From: Candidatus Methanomethylophilaceae archaeon
Lineage (GTDB): Archaea; Thermoplasmatota; Thermoplasmata; Methanomassiliicoccales; Methanomethylophilaceae
Reading direction: 5' to 3'
DNA length: 64,000 nt
NCBI GenBank assembly: GCA_944320495.1
Contig: CALUHR010000013.1
Span: 352,001-416,000 of the forward strand
A model generated the notes under the pieces. That model made no database searches. It was not told the origin of the DNA and saw nothing but the letters and a program-made list of their open reading frames with translations. Shown here in pieces: positions 32,895 through 43,412 of the stretch (its first letter is position 1; the number at the start of each line of letters is the position of its first letter). The translations under genes were made by a program, and so were the position numbers.

Positions 32895-33457
32895 GCAGGA
32901 TAGTCGCCGTGGTGGCCAGCCCGCGCGAGGAGGGGAACTCCAACGCGATCGTGGACGCCATCCTCGAAGGGGCCATGGGCCTCTCCACCAACATCATCGA
33001 CCTCTACGCCCTCGACGGCCTCCGGCTCGTCCACGGCTGCAGGGGATGCAGGGCCTGCAAGACGTCGGGGAGATGCGCCCAGGACGACGAGATCTCCGAC
33101 GTGCTGGAGGCCATCCGCGAGGCGGACTGCGCGGTGTTCTCCACGCCGGTGTACTTCGCGGCCGAGTCCGCCCAGTTCAAGGTCCTGGAGGATCGCATGT
33201 TCTCGTTCATCGGAGCCGACGGCAAGCCGAACCTGGAGCCCGGCAAGAGGGCGATCCTGGTGGTCACCTGCAGCGGCCCGGAGGATGCGGCGGCGGCCGC
33301 GACGGTCGAGCGCCTCTCGGCGATAATCCCTCGGCTGGGTTTCGACCTCACGGATACGATCGTGTTCTCGGATGCCGGAGGCACCCGTCGCGCGGCCGAC
33401 GACGCTGACCTCATGGCGAGAGCGAAGGCCGTCGGTCTCTCGATGAGGAACACCTGA
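32891..33457 (+). CDS. Flavodoxin-like iron-sulfur flavoprotein
   Basis: ASPREEGNS, CRGCRAC..C, STPVYF. Confidence 0.88.
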   Translation: MSRIVAVVASPREEGNSNAIVDAILEGAMGLSTNIIDLYALDGLRLVHGCRGCRACKTSGRCAQDDEISDVLEAIREADCAVFSTPVYFAAESAQFKVLEDRMFSFIGADGKPNLEPGKRAILVVTCSGPEDAAAAATVERLSAIIPRLGFDLTDTIVFSDAGGTRRAADDADLMARAKAVGLSMRNT

Positions 33458-33673
33458 TCGCTCCTCGTCGTCCTCGACGTACTCCAGGATGTCCCCCGGC
33501 TGGCAGTCGAGGGCCTTGCATATCCCGTTCAGCGTCGAGAATCTTATCGCCGCGATCTTCCCGGTCTTGATGTTGGACAGGTTGACGTTCGATATCCCGA
33601 CCTTCTCGGCCAGCTGGTTGAGCTGGATCTTGCGGTCGGCCATGACCCTGTCCAGGCGGAGTATTATCGTCAT
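33458..33673 (-). CDS. Xre/YozG-like HTH regulator, 71 aa (ends at CGA 33458-33460)
   Basis: AIRFSTL..ICKALDCQPGDILEYVED. Confidence 0.92.
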
Positions 33674-33677
33674 GGGA

Positions 33678-34181
33678 TCACAGCGTGTGGTCCGACTCGT
33701 CCTGGAGGACGGCCCCGTAGCGGAAGACGATCGACAGGCAGTACATCACGACGCATACGAGCAGCGTTCCGAGGAAGATGAACAGCGCCTCGGTCACGGT
33801 GCTCCCTGCCCCGATCTCCAGTGACAGCAGCACGAACGATGACACCAGGTAGACGATTGAGACGGCCTTCATCGAGGATGCGATGCCCTCGGTGAAGGGG
33901 GTGTGCGAATCACGGAGGGCGATCATCATCCTGCGGATGGAGTCCACCGTGACGGAGCCCAGCAGGAGTATGAAGACGGTCTCGGCGAAGCGGAATCCCT
34001 CCAGGTCGCCGAACACGGCGTAGAACGGCTCCAGGGCCTCATGGAAGCTGTCCGAGGCCATCGACGCGATGCCGAGTATAACTGTGATCGCGATGCATGC
34101 CGCGAGGACGATCTCCCCGGCCGCCATCACGGTGGCGGCGTAGCGGCATATCTTCCTCAGGGTCCCGAGGTCACCCTTCAT
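33678..34181 (-). CDS. DUF2975-like membrane protein
   Basis: 4 TM segments, TPF, FRYGAVLQDESDHTL; typical partner of YozG-like HTH. Confidence 0.8.
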   Translation of the reverse strand: MKGDLGTLRKICRYAATVMAAGEIVLAACIAITVILGIASMASDSFHEALEPFYAVFGDLEGFRFAETVFILLLGSVTVDSIRRMMIALRDSHTPFTEGIASSMKAVSIVYLVSSFVLLSLEIGAGSTVTEALFIFLGTLLVCVVMYCLSIVFRYGAVLQDESDHTL

Positions 34182-34202
34182 GGGCGGTACGAATGATGGT
34201 GA

Positions 34203-34222
34203 GGATTAATGATTATCGATAA
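34203..34222 (-). promoter_or_regulatory. Palindromic operator plus TATA element, copy 2
   Basis: Minus strand TTATCGATAATCATTAATCC, 21 nt before the DUF2975 ATG. Confidence 0.6.
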
Positions 34223-34257
34223 GGATCGCGGCCGGGGAGGTCCCCGGCGCAGAGGTT

Positions 34258-34476
34258 TCAGTCCCTGCCGTTGATCTCGTCGGCGACCTTCTCCAGGTCC
34301 TCGGGGATGATCGGCTTGCCGGCTGCCTTCCTGGCCATGTGGCCTCCGGGTCCGCCGCGAGCGACGCGGGCCTTCTCGAGGCATTCTGGGCTGTCGCAGA
34401 CGAACGACGCATAGGCGATGTTCTTGCAGGGTCCCCCGCAGAACTCGCACTTGTAGTCTTCGAGATTCAATGCCAT
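34258..34476 (-). CDS. Small Cys-containing hypothetical protein
   Basis: CEFCG..FVCDSPEC putative zinc finger. Confidence 0.65.
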   Translation of the reverse strand: MALNLEDYKCEFCGGPCKNIAYASFVCDSPECLEKARVARGGPGGHMARKAAGKPIIPEDLEKVADEINGRD

Positions 34477-34518
34477 TGTCCCACCGGATGCTTTCGTAGG
34501 ATATACGGGTCACCCGCA

Positions 34519-35319
34519 TCGGTTTAGGTCCATGCCGAACACGACGGACGGTGCCGCGTATGTGATCGATCCCAGGGAGACGATGTCCGCCCTGCCGATG
34601 TACGCCGGGATGTCGTCCGGGGAGATCCCTCCGGAAGCTTCGACGAGGATGCGGTCGCTGACCGCCTTGACGGCGTCGCGGATCTGTCCGGTCAGCTCGG
34701 GACCGCAGTTGTCGGCCATGACGATGTCCGCTCCCATCTGGGCGGCGGTGACGGCGTCGTCGACGTTCTCCACCTCGACCTCCACCTTCACGGCGAAGGA
34801 CCTCTTGGAGAGTCTCTCCATGCAGGCGCGGACGCCCCCGCACGCCTTGATGTGGTTGTCCTTGACCATGATCATGGAGTCGAGGCCCATCCTATGGGGG
34901 TCGCCACCAGCGATCCTCACTGCCTCCTTCTCGAAGTCGCCGAACCCGGGGGTGGTCTTCCTGGTGGCCGCGACGACGATTCTCCCGTCGGCCTTCGCGA
35001 CGGCCGCGGAGGTCGCGGTGGCGACCCCCGACATCCTCATCAGGATGTTCAGGGCCGTGCGCTCGATGGTTATCATGGACCTCATGGGTCCGGAGAGGGA
35101 GAGGACCCTCGTGCCGGCCGCGACCCTGTCCCCGTCCCTCACGAGGGGCGTCACGGACACCCCGGCGGACTCGAACAGGTCCTCCACGATCGAGATCCCG
35201 GCGACGGTGCAATCGCCCTCGCAGACGATGCGGGCGGTGCCGTCCGTGTCCGGGACCGTCAGCTCGGTGGTGATGTCGCCGCGGCCCACATCGGCCCTGA
35301 GGAACCTCTCCGCGTCCAT
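34519..35319 (-). CDS. nadC: Quinolinate phosphoribosyltransferase (CGA 34519-34521; TGA three codons later)
   Basis: GDITT, ERTALN, ATRKTTPG, VKDNH, EASGGI. Confidence 0.95.
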
Positions 35320-35321
35320 GG

Positions 35322-36557
35322 TCACACGTCCAGCTCGAACTCCTCGCCAGTCTTCGGCAGGAGCACGTTGTAGTCGGTGAGGTCGGGAAGGAACTTCTCG
35401 CGCGCTTCGGAGTGCATGAAGATGACGTTGTCCGGGTCGCAGGCCTTGATGAACTCGATGATCTGGTCGTGGTCCGCGTGGGCCGAGAAGTCGTACTTCT
35501 GCAGCTCACACTCGACCTTGCAGATCTCGCCGTCGATGTTGACGCAGCGCTGCTCCATGAGCATCCTTCCGTTGGTGTCCTCGGCCTGGTATCCGACGAG
35601 GAGGATGGCGCTCTTCGGGTCGTTCTTGATCTTGTTGAGGTAGCGGATGACGGGGCCCCCGTCCAGCATGCCGCCGGTGGTGACGATGATCTGGCCCTTC
35701 ATGGCGATGTCCCTGCTGCCGGGCCTTCTGACCTCGTTGAACCTCTTCTTGGCCTGCTTGAGCTGCCTCTCGTCCCTGAGGTACTCGGGGTAGTCGAGGA
35801 ACAGGCGGGTGACGGAGCGTCCCATGCCGTCTACCCACATCTCGTAGTCCAGGTCCTTCAGGAGCATCATGATCTCCTGGGTCCTGCCCACGGCGAAGCA
35901 GGGGATGAGGACGGTTCCGCCGCGGTCGATGACCTCCTCCACCTTGGCGAGGAACTCCCTCTCCGTCTGCTTCCTCGGAGGGTGGTTGCGGTCCGCGTAG
36001 GTCCCCTCGATGAACAGGTTGTGGCAGTCCTTCGGCTTGGCGCCCTTGACCAGCCTCTGGGCCTCGGTGTGGATGTCGCCCGAGTAGATCGTGGTGGTGT
36101 CGCGGGCGAACTCGAACATGGCCGCCCCGGGGACGTGTCCCGCATCGAGCATCGCCACGTCGACGTGGCCGACGGTGATCTCGTCGCCGTAGGTCATGGG
36201 CACGACGCACTGCATGGTCCTCTCGATGTCGTCGGCGGTGTAGGGCTGGACGTAGTTCTCCGCCTTGGCGATCTTGAGGGTGTCCTTCATCATCAGCTCC
36301 GCGACCTCGGCGGTCAGGGGGGTGGTGAAAACCTCGCACCTGTCCCTTCCGACGACCTGGGGGACCATCCCGCAGTGGTCCAGGTGGCAGTGGGTGAGGA
36401 ACATGTGGTCGATCTTTGGCGCCTCCAGAGGGAACTCCGGGGGCTTGGTGGGGCTGAGGCCGTACTCCACGAGGAGCCTCATCCCGTCCCCTTCCATCGT
36501 CATTCCCATGCGGCCGACCATGTCAGCGCCGCCCAGAAACTTGAATTTCATTTTCAT
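35322..36557 (-). CDS. MBL-fold beta-CASP ribonuclease
   Basis: THCHLDH, AGHVPG, FAVGRTQE, FSAHAD. Confidence 0.9.
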   Translation of the reverse strand: MKMKFKFLGGADMVGRMGMTMEGDGMRLLVEYGLSPTKPPEFPLEAPKIDHMFLTHCHLDHCGMVPQVVGRDRCEVFTTPLTAEVAELMMKDTLKIAKAENYVQPYTADDIERTMQCVVPMTYGDEITVGHVDVAMLDAGHVPGAAMFEFARDTTTIYSGDIHTEAQRLVKGAKPKDCHNLFIEGTYADRNHPPRKQTEREFLAKVEEVIDRGGTVLIPCFAVGRTQEIMMLLKDLDYEMWVDGMGRSVTRLFLDYPEYLRDERQLKQAKKRFNEVRRPGSRDIAMKGQIIVTTGGMLDGGPVIRYLNKIKNDPKSAILLVGYQAEDTNGRMLMEQRCVNIDGEICKVECELQKYDFSAHADHDQIIEFIKACDPDNVIFMHSEAREKFLPDLTDYNVLLPKTGEEFELDV

Positions 36558-36839
36558 TGTCCGAACTCCTTTTCGTATTCCGGTCCGGGGGACCGTATGT
36601 GAAAGGGGGCGTACCCCCCATCGACTGTGATGTGACACAGGGCTGTGAACCCCGTATTATAAGGATAGAGGGACCCTATTCTGCGCTATTATTTTAATCT
36701 AAGTAAGAGAGGGAAGGTCGGCACCGAAGCGTTTCAGACAATCGAATGTCTGAAACGCATCAGAACAACAGGATGTGCTGGCTCTTTTCGGCGGGACAAT
36801 GTGCCAACACTCTTAAATCAGTCATTCCTATTCCGCGGC

Positions 36840-38708
36840 ATGGGAGCGCTCGACAAGAGAATATTCAGCGGAGTCGCGTTCGTCGCGGCTCTGTTGGCCA
36901 TCGTGTCAGCCGCCTTGCTCTACTCGAGCGGGGCGGAGCCCTCGGCAGATGGCAACTCCACCGCATTGTACATACTGCTGGTCGCAGGAATACTCGCGAT
37001 CGTATACTCCATCTCCATGTTCCTCGACGGATCCAGTTTCGTCAGGAAGGTCTCAGGCATCCTCGTCCTGGTGTCTGGCATAATGTTCATCGCCACCCCC
37101 GTCGCCGGCGAGAGCGCCGCGACCGTTCTCGCCGCCGCGGGCCTCGTCGCAGGTCTCGCGATGGTCGCGGACATGCTCGCCCTGTGGGTCTCCCGCATCT
37201 ACGGCGCGATGTACGTCTCGGCGGTCCTCGCCGCGATTGGCATCGTCACCGGGGCGATGTGCCTCATCAACGGATACAGCGACATCTACGCTCTCATCAT
37301 GCTCCTGGCGTTCGCCGTCTGGCTCGTCATCGGTGCATGGGTGTACGGATTCGTTCGCGAGGAGACCGTCACCAAGACCCGTGAGGTTGTCGAGGACACC
37401 GTCGCTCAGAGGAAGGAGAAGCCCCAGGCCAAGAACAAGAAGGCCACCCCCAAGGCGAAGAAGGCCGAGCCGACGAAGCCCGCCGAGGAACCGAAGGCCG
37501 AGGAACCGAAGGCCGAGGAGCCCAAGAAGGTCAGGACCGTCGAGCTCCCGAAGACCGCCGCCGCGCAGGCAGCCATCCACAAGAGCCAGGATTCCGCGAA
37601 GACCGAGGCCCCCAAGGAGGAGCCCAAGCAGGAGCAGAAGCCTCCCGCGAAGGCCATGGGCGACTTCATGCAGAAGCTCATGAGTTCCGAGGCCGCCAGC
37701 AAGGCGGTCAGGAAAGAGGTCCGCGAGGAGAAGCCCGCGGTGCAGCCCGAGGCCCCCAAGGAGGAGCCCAAGCAGGAGGCCGCCTCGGAGATCCCCGAGG
37801 CGCCCGTCGAGGAGCCCAAGGCCGAGGAGGCCCCCGCAGAGGAGGTCACCGAGGAGAAGCCCGTCGTGGACGTCGCTCCCGAGATGCCCGAGGAGTCCGT
37901 GATCGAGACCCCCGTCGAACCCGTCGAGAAGAACGACCTCTTCAAGACCGAGGAGCCCAACTGGGGAGTCGTCGCCAGGGATTCCGTCACCGAGGAGCCC
38001 GTCATGCGCCTCAAGTCCTCCCAGGAGAGCGAGTCCGCTCCCGAGACGCCCGTCGAGCAGCCTGTGACCGAGGAGCCCAAGGCCGAGGAGGCCCCCGCAC
38101 CCGAGAACGTTCCCGAAACCGGAGAGGCACCTGTGGAGGAGGCGCCCGTCGAGGAACCCGTCGAGGAACCTGCAGGGGAGCCCGTTCCCGAGGTCCCGTC
38201 CGAGCCCGTCCCGTCCGAGGACACCCCCGCCGTGGACGTTGCCCCCGAGGTCACCGAGTCCGTGATCTCCGCACCCGTCGAGACTCCCGCGGAACCCGCA
38301 GAGGAGCCTACCGCCGAGCCCAACTGGGACGTCGTCGCCCGCGACACGTCCGAGCCCGAGCCCGCTCCCGAGGCGCCCGCCGCAGAGGAGCCCGTGGAGG
38401 ACATCTACACCGACAACTCCCCCGAGGCGCTCGTCAGGAGGGCCGCCTGGAACAAGGGCCTGAGGTGCAGGCGCGGATACGGTGAGAGGAACATCCCCGT
38501 CGCCTTCGTCAAGGGCAAGGTCGCCGTCTACGTCGATGACGGAGAGCCCGACACCTCCGGCGACGACGAGCTCCGCGCCGAGGGATGGACCGTCCTCAGG
38601 TACAGGGCGGAGGACATCACCGACGGCAAGGCGCAGGGTGACGAGATCGCCGCCGCCGTGCGTGAGAACACCAAGTCCACGGCCAAGAAGAAGAAGGCCA
38701 AGAAGTGA
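36840..38708 (+). CDS. Membrane-anchored protein with acidic Glu/Pro repeat linker and C-terminal Vsr/DUF559-like domain
   Basis: 5-6 TM helices, repeated EEPKAEE and EPNWxVVARD, then VAVYVDDG..D.ELRAEGWTVLRY. Confidence 0.6.
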   Translation: MGALDKRIFSGVAFVAALLAIVSAALLYSSGAEPSADGNSTALYILLVAGILAIVYSISMFLDGSSFVRKVSGILVLVSGIMFIATPVAGESAATVLAAAGLVAGLAMVADMLALWVSRIYGAMYVSAVLAAIGIVTGAMCLINGYSDIYALIMLLAFAVWLVIGAWVYGFVREETVTKTREVVEDTVAQRKEKPQAKNKKATPKAKKAEPTKPAEEPKAEEPKAEEPKKVRTVELPKTAAAQAAIHKSQDSAKTEAPKEEPKQEQKPPAKAMGDFMQKLMSSEAASKAVRKEVREEKPAVQPEAPKEEPKQEAASEIPEAPVEEPKAEEAPAEEVTEEKPVVDVAPEMPEESVIETPVEPVEKNDLFKTEEPNWGVVARDSVTEEPVMRLKSSQESESAPETPVEQPVTEEPKAEEAPAPENVPETGEAPVEEAPVEEPVEEPAGEPVPEVPSEPVPSEDTPAVDVAPEVTESVISAPVETPAEPAEEPTAEPNWDVVARDTSEPEPAPEAPAAEEPVEDIYTDNSPEALVRRAAWNKGLRCRRGYGERNIPVAFVKGKVAVYVDDGEPDTSGDDELRAEGWTVLRYRAEDITDGKAQGDEIAAAVRENTKSTAKKKKAKK

Positions 38709-38824
38709 GAGGGCGGACCCCCTCCAAACCCCTTACTCAAACCCCTTCCTTTCTATCGCGCGCCTGCGGACGGGAGCCATAATATATCGCGACTGACTGC
38801 CCCATCCAACCAGAGGCTGAAAGA

Positions 38825-39124
38825 ATGTTTTGCCCATCATGCGGTTCGATGATGTTCCCCCGCGAGGGGAGATACGTCTGCAGCAAGTGCGGTGCCGAGA
38901 AGGATCTGGGCTCCAAGCCGGAGATCATCGTCACCGATTCCAAGAACAGGATGACCACGGTCATCGAGAGCGACACGGCCACCCTCCCGAAGACCCGCAT
39001 CGCCTGTCCCGAGTGCGGCCACACCGAGGCCTTCTTCGTGATCAGGCAGACCAGGGCCGCGGATGAGCCTGAGACCAGGATCTACCGCTGCTGCAAGTGC
39101 AACCACACCTGGAGGGAGTACTGA
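38825..39124 (+). CDS. tfs: Transcription factor S
   Basis: CPSC..CSKC, CPECG, QTRAADEPETR. Confidence 0.95.
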   Translation: MFCPSCGSMMFPREGRYVCSKCGAEKDLGSKPEIIVTDSKNRMTTVIESDTATLPKTRIACPECGHTEAFFVIRQTRAADEPETRIYRCCKCNHTWREY

Positions 39125-39126
39125 GG

Positions 39127-39864
39127 ATGTTCAAGGCCGATCTCAAGTCGGACACCCTGAAAGGGCTCGTCAACATCATCTCCACCCTGATCGATGAGGT
39201 CAAGTTCACCATCGGTCCGGATGGCATGACCCTGAAGGCCGTGGACGCGGCCCACGTCGCCATGATTGAGATGGAGGTCGGCAAGGACGCCTTCGAATCC
39301 TATGAGGCGGACTCCTGCGAGATCGGGCTCGATCTCGACAAGGTGAAGGGGGTCCTGAAGTTGGCCTCGTCCGGCGACATCGTCAGCATGGAGCAGGACG
39401 ACACCCACGGGAGGCTCGTGTTCAAGGTCGGAAACATCACCAGGCGCATGAACCTGGTGGACACCGCCACGATGAACGACCCGAAGGTCCCCCAGCTCTC
39501 GCTCGCCACCAGCATCAGCCTCATGGTGGACGAGCTGCAGAAAGGTATCCGCGCGGCCGACACCATCTCCGACCACATCACCCTCAGGGCGGGGCCGGAC
39601 TTCTTCGAGCTGTCCTGCGAGGGCGACACCGACTCCGTGAGCCTCAGGCTCGAGGGCAGCTCCCTCCTGGGCATCGAGGCCGCCGAGGAGGTCAGGAGCA
39701 TGTTCCCCCTGGACTACTTCCAGAACATCACCAAGGCCATACCGGCGGGGACCGCGGTCACCGTCGAGCTGGACAGCGACTACCCCGTCAAGCTCGTGTT
39801 CGCGCTCGCCGACGGGGCGGCGAAGGTGAGGTACCTCCTCGCGCCTAGGATCGAGAGCGATTGA
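39127..39864 (+). CDS. pcn: DNA polymerase sliding clamp
   Basis: AVDAAHVAM, IGLDLD, YLLAPRIE. Confidence 0.96.
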   Translation: MFKADLKSDTLKGLVNIISTLIDEVKFTIGPDGMTLKAVDAAHVAMIEMEVGKDAFESYEADSCEIGLDLDKVKGVLKLASSGDIVSMEQDDTHGRLVFKVGNITRRMNLVDTATMNDPKVPQLSLATSISLMVDELQKGIRAADTISDHITLRAGPDFFELSCEGDTDSVSLRLEGSSLLGIEAAEEVRSMFPLDYFQNITKAIPAGTAVTVELDSDYPVKLVFALADGAAKVRYLLAPRIESD

Positions 39865-39866
39865 AT

Positions 39867-40697
39867 ATGTCAGCAGACGTCGAGCATCTGAAGAAGATCG
39901 CGGACAGGCTCAGGGTGGACGTCATCGAGATGACGTCCGAGGCCGGATCCGGCCACCCCGGAGGGTCCCTGTCGTCGGCGGACCTCATGGCCGTCCTCTA
40001 CTTCGGGGGATGCATGAGGCACGACCCGGAGAACCCCCAGTGGGAGGACAGGGACCGCTTCGTCCTGTCCAAGGGCCACGTCGCCCCCGTCCTCTACGCC
40101 GCCCTCGCCGAGTCCGGATACTTCCCCACCGAGGAGCTGCTCACGCTCCGCAAGCTGGGCTCCAGGCTGCAGGGCCACCCGGTCCGCGGCAAGGTGCCCG
40201 GCGTCGAGATGTCCACCGGATCGCTGGGGCAGGGCCTCAGCATGGCCTGCGGCATCGCTCTGGCCGGGAAGATGGACGGGAAGGACTACAGGACCTTCTG
40301 CCTCCTCGGGGACGGGGAGCTTCAGGAGGGCCAGAACTGGGAGGCGGCGATGTTCGCCCGCCAGTACGGGCTGTCCAGGCTCATCGCCATCGTCGACCGC
40401 AACCACCTCCAGATCACCGGGGACACCGAGGAGGCCGTCGGCCTCAACCCGCTGCCCGAGAAGTGGAAGGCGTTCGGATGGAACGTCATCGTCATCGACG
40501 GCCACGACATCCAGATGATCATCGATGCGATCGAGAGGGCGTCCGAACCCTCCGACAGGCCCACTGCCATCATAATGGAGACCGTCAAGGGAAAGGGGGT
40601 GTCCTTCATGGAGAACAACGTCGCGTTCCACGGCAAGGCCGCCAATGAGGAGGAGCGCGAGATTGCAATCATGGAGCTCACGGGGGGATCCGAATGA
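39867..40697 (+). CDS. Transketolase, N-terminal subunit
   Basis: [29 protein letters not shown]. Confidence 0.95.
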   Translation: MSADVEHLKKIADRLRVDVIEMTSEAGSGHPGGSLSSADLMAVLYFGGCMRHDPENPQWEDRDRFVLSKGHVAPVLYAALAESGYFPTEELLTLRKLGSRLQGHPVRGKVPGVEMSTGSLGQGLSMACGIALAGKMDGKDYRTFCLLGDGELQEGQNWEAAMFARQYGLSRLIAIVDRNHLQITGDTEEAVGLNPLPEKWKAFGWNVIVIDGHDIQMIIDAIERASEPSDRPTAIIMETVKGKGVSFMENNVAFHGKAANEEEREIAIMELTGGSE

Positions 40698-41623
40698 AGA
40701 TCGCACAGCGCAACTACTACGGCAAGGCCCTCGCGGCCCTCGCCGCCGACCCCAGGGTCGTCGTCATGGACGCAGACCTGGCCGGATCCACCAAGACCTC
40801 CGAGTTCCAGAAGGTCTGCCCCGAGAGGTTCGTCGAGGTGGGCATCGCCGAGCAGAACATGATCGGCATCGCCTCCGGGCTCGCCGCCTCGGGCAAGGTG
40901 GTCTACGCCTCCACCTTCGGGATATTCGCCACGGGCAGGTGCTGGGAGCAGATCAGGCTCGCCGTCGCCTATCCCAGGCTGAATGTCAGGATCTGCGCCA
41001 CCCACTGCGGTATCACCGTGGGCGAGGACGGCGCGTCCCACCAGGCGCTGGAGGACATGGCGATAATGCGCACCCTCCCCAACATGACCGTCATCTGCCC
41101 CGCGGATGCATACGAGGCGTACGCGGCCACCATCGCCCTCGCGGACTTCGAGGGCCCCGCATACATGCGCATGGGCCGCGCCGACTTCCCGGTCGTGACA
41201 TCCGAGGACGACGTCTTCGAGGTAGGCAAGGCCAGGGTCATGCGCGAGGGCTCCGATGTGACGCTGTTCGGATGCGGCCAGATGACTGCGATGTGCCTGG
41301 AGGCCGCCGAGACGCTGGCATCCGAGGGCATCTCCGCGGAGGTCGTCAACGTATCCACGATCAAACCCATCGACGCCGAGGCCATCGTCGCATCGGTGTC
41401 CAAGACCGGATGCTGCGTCACCGCCGAGGAGCACAGCATCATAGGCGGACTGGGCTCCGCCGTCGCCGAGGTCCTGGCGGACTCCCGCCCCGCCCCACTG
41501 GAGAGGGTCGGAACCAGGGACACCTTCGGCGAGTCCGGGAAGCCGGACGAACTCATGATCAAATACGGGCTCACCGCCGGCGCCATCGCAGACGCGGCCC
41601 GCAAAGTCATCTCAAGGAAGTGA
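40694..41623 (+). CDS. Transketolase, C-terminal subunit
   Basis: [25 protein letters not shown]. Confidence 0.95.
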   Translation: MKIAQRNYYGKALAALAADPRVVVMDADLAGSTKTSEFQKVCPERFVEVGIAEQNMIGIASGLAASGKVVYASTFGIFATGRCWEQIRLAVAYPRLNVRICATHCGITVGEDGASHQALEDMAIMRTLPNMTVICPADAYEAYAATIALADFEGPAYMRMGRADFPVVTSEDDVFEVGKARVMREGSDVTLFGCGQMTAMCLEAAETLASEGISAEVVNVSTIKPIDAEAIVASVSKTGCCVTAEEHSIIGGLGSAVAEVLADSRPAPLERVGTRDTFGESGKPDELMIKYGLTAGAIADAARKVISRK

Positions 41624-41628
41624 ATCCG

Positions 41629-42276
41629 ATGAAGATTTTCATAGACACCGCCAACCTGGACATGATCAGGGAGATCAACAGCTGGGGGATCCTCGACGGG
41701 GTCACCACCAACCCCAGCCTCATCGCCAAGGAGGGCGTGGACGTCCGCACCAGGGTCAGGGAGATCGCCGAGATCGTCGACGGCCCCATCTCCGCCGAGG
41801 CCATGTCCACCACCGCCGAGGAGATGGTGAAGGAGGGGAGGGAGCTCGCCGCCATCCACCCCAACATCAACGTCAAGCTGCCCATGTGCGTCGAGACCCT
41901 CAAGGCCACCAAGATCCTCGCCTCCGAGGGCATCAGGGTCAACGTCACCCTGATCTTCTCCCCGCTGCAGGCCCTCCTGGCCGCCAAGGCCGGAGCAGCC
42001 TTCGTCTCCCCGTTCATCGGACGCCTGGACGACATCGGCCAGTACGGATCCGACCTCGTCGAGCAGATCATGGCGATCTTCAACAACTACGGCATCGGGA
42101 CCGAGGTCATCGCGGCCTCCATCCGCGGACCCAACCACGTCCTCGACGCTGCGCTGTGCGGATGCGACATCGCGACCATCCCCTACGACACGCTGAAGAA
42201 GATGATCTCGCACCCCAAGACGGACGAGGGCATCGCCAAGTTCGTCGCGGACTACGAGAAGTCCAAGAAGGCATGA
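41629..42276 (+). CDS. tal: Transaldolase (FSA type)
   Basis: [28 protein letters not shown]. Confidence 0.94.
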   Translation: MKIFIDTANLDMIREINSWGILDGVTTNPSLIAKEGVDVRTRVREIAEIVDGPISAEAMSTTAEEMVKEGRELAAIHPNINVKLPMCVETLKATKILASEGIRVNVTLIFSPLQALLAAKAGAAFVSPFIGRLDDIGQYGSDLVEQIMAIFNNYGIGTEVIAASIRGPNHVLDAALCGCDIATIPYDTLKKMISHPKTDEGIAKFVADYEKSKKA

Positions 42277-43412
42277 TCGACGTCGCGGTGGCGGGAGGCG
42301 GACCCGCGGGAAGCGCGGTCGCCGCCCTCCTGGCCCGCGACCACGGCGTGATGGTGTTCGAGGACCATCCGCGCATAGGGCTCCCGGAGCAGTGCGCAGG
42401 GCTCCTCACCGATCGCGCCATAGAGGCGTCCGGGGTCTCCCCGGACGTCCTCTCCACCTTGTACGGGGCCGAGGTCCTCCTCCCGGGTGGGGGCAGGGTC
42501 GAGGTCCGCTCCGAGCGTCCGAAGGCGAGGGCCGTGGACCGTTCGGACCTTGATTCGAAGATGGCCGACAGGGCCATGGCCGCCGGTGCCGAGTACAGGC
42601 TCTCGGAGAAGGTCAGGTCGTTCTCCGTCGGGTCGTCCGTGGGGATCTCCACGTCCGCCGGGGACCACAGTGCCAGACTGCTCATAGGGGCCGACGGTCA
42701 CGGGTCCGTGGTCGCTCCCGCCGTGGGCTGCGTCCCCGGCGAGCGCATACGCGGGGTGCAGGCCGATGTCGCCGTGAGGATGGAGGACCAAGGGATGTTC
42801 CGCATGCGCATGGGCTCGAGGTACGCCCCCGGATTCTTCACGTGGGAGATCCCCTGCGGGGACTTCACCCGCGTCGGGCTGTGCACGTCATGGTCCGCCG
42901 GTCCGCCGTATCAGTATCTGAAGAGGCTGCTCTCGGACCTGGGGTACGGGGACCGCGTCATACGGATGCACAGCGGCAGGATACCGATGCACCCGTCCGG
43001 GCCGATATCCTCGGACAGGGTGATGCTCATCGGCGACGCCGCCTCGCAGGTCAAGCCGGTCTCCGGAGGGGGGATACTGCCTTCGATGGTTGCCGCCCCC
43101 ATACTCGCGGATGTGGCGCATTCCGCCCTCGCATCCGACGACCTCTCGGCGAGGAGGCTCTCCGAGTACGACAGGCGCTGGGATGACGCCATGGGGAGGG
43201 ATCTGTCGAAGGCGTACCGCCTCCGGAGGGCGCTCCTGAGGATGGACGACCGCGACCTGGACCGTGCCGGTCGCTACGCCTCGAGGGACGATGTCCGCGC
43301 GGTGCTGGACGGCATAGACCTGGACACGCCCGCCGATGTGATGAAGGCGCTCCTGAGGCATCCGGGCATGGCGGCTTCGGGCGCCTGGACGCTCCTGAGG
43401 TGCTTGATATGA
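42273..43412 (+). CDS. Geranylgeranyl reductase family FAD oxidoreductase
   Basis: [27 protein letters not shown]. Confidence 0.88.
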   Translation: MIDVAVAGGGPAGSAVAALLARDHGVMVFEDHPRIGLPEQCAGLLTDRAIEASGVSPDVLSTLYGAEVLLPGGGRVEVRSERPKARAVDRSDLDSKMADRAMAAGAEYRLSEKVRSFSVGSSVGISTSAGDHSARLLIGADGHGSVVAPAVGCVPGERIRGVQADVAVRMEDQGMFRMRMGSRYAPGFFTWEIPCGDFTRVGLCTSWSAGPPYQYLKRLLSDLGYGDRVIRMHSGRIPMHPSGPISSDRVMLIGDAASQVKPVSGGGILPSMVAAPILADVAHSALASDDLSARRLSEYDRRWDDAMGRDLSKAYRLRRALLRMDDRDLDRAGRYASRDDVRAVLDGIDLDTPADVMKALLRHPGMAASGAWTLLRCLI

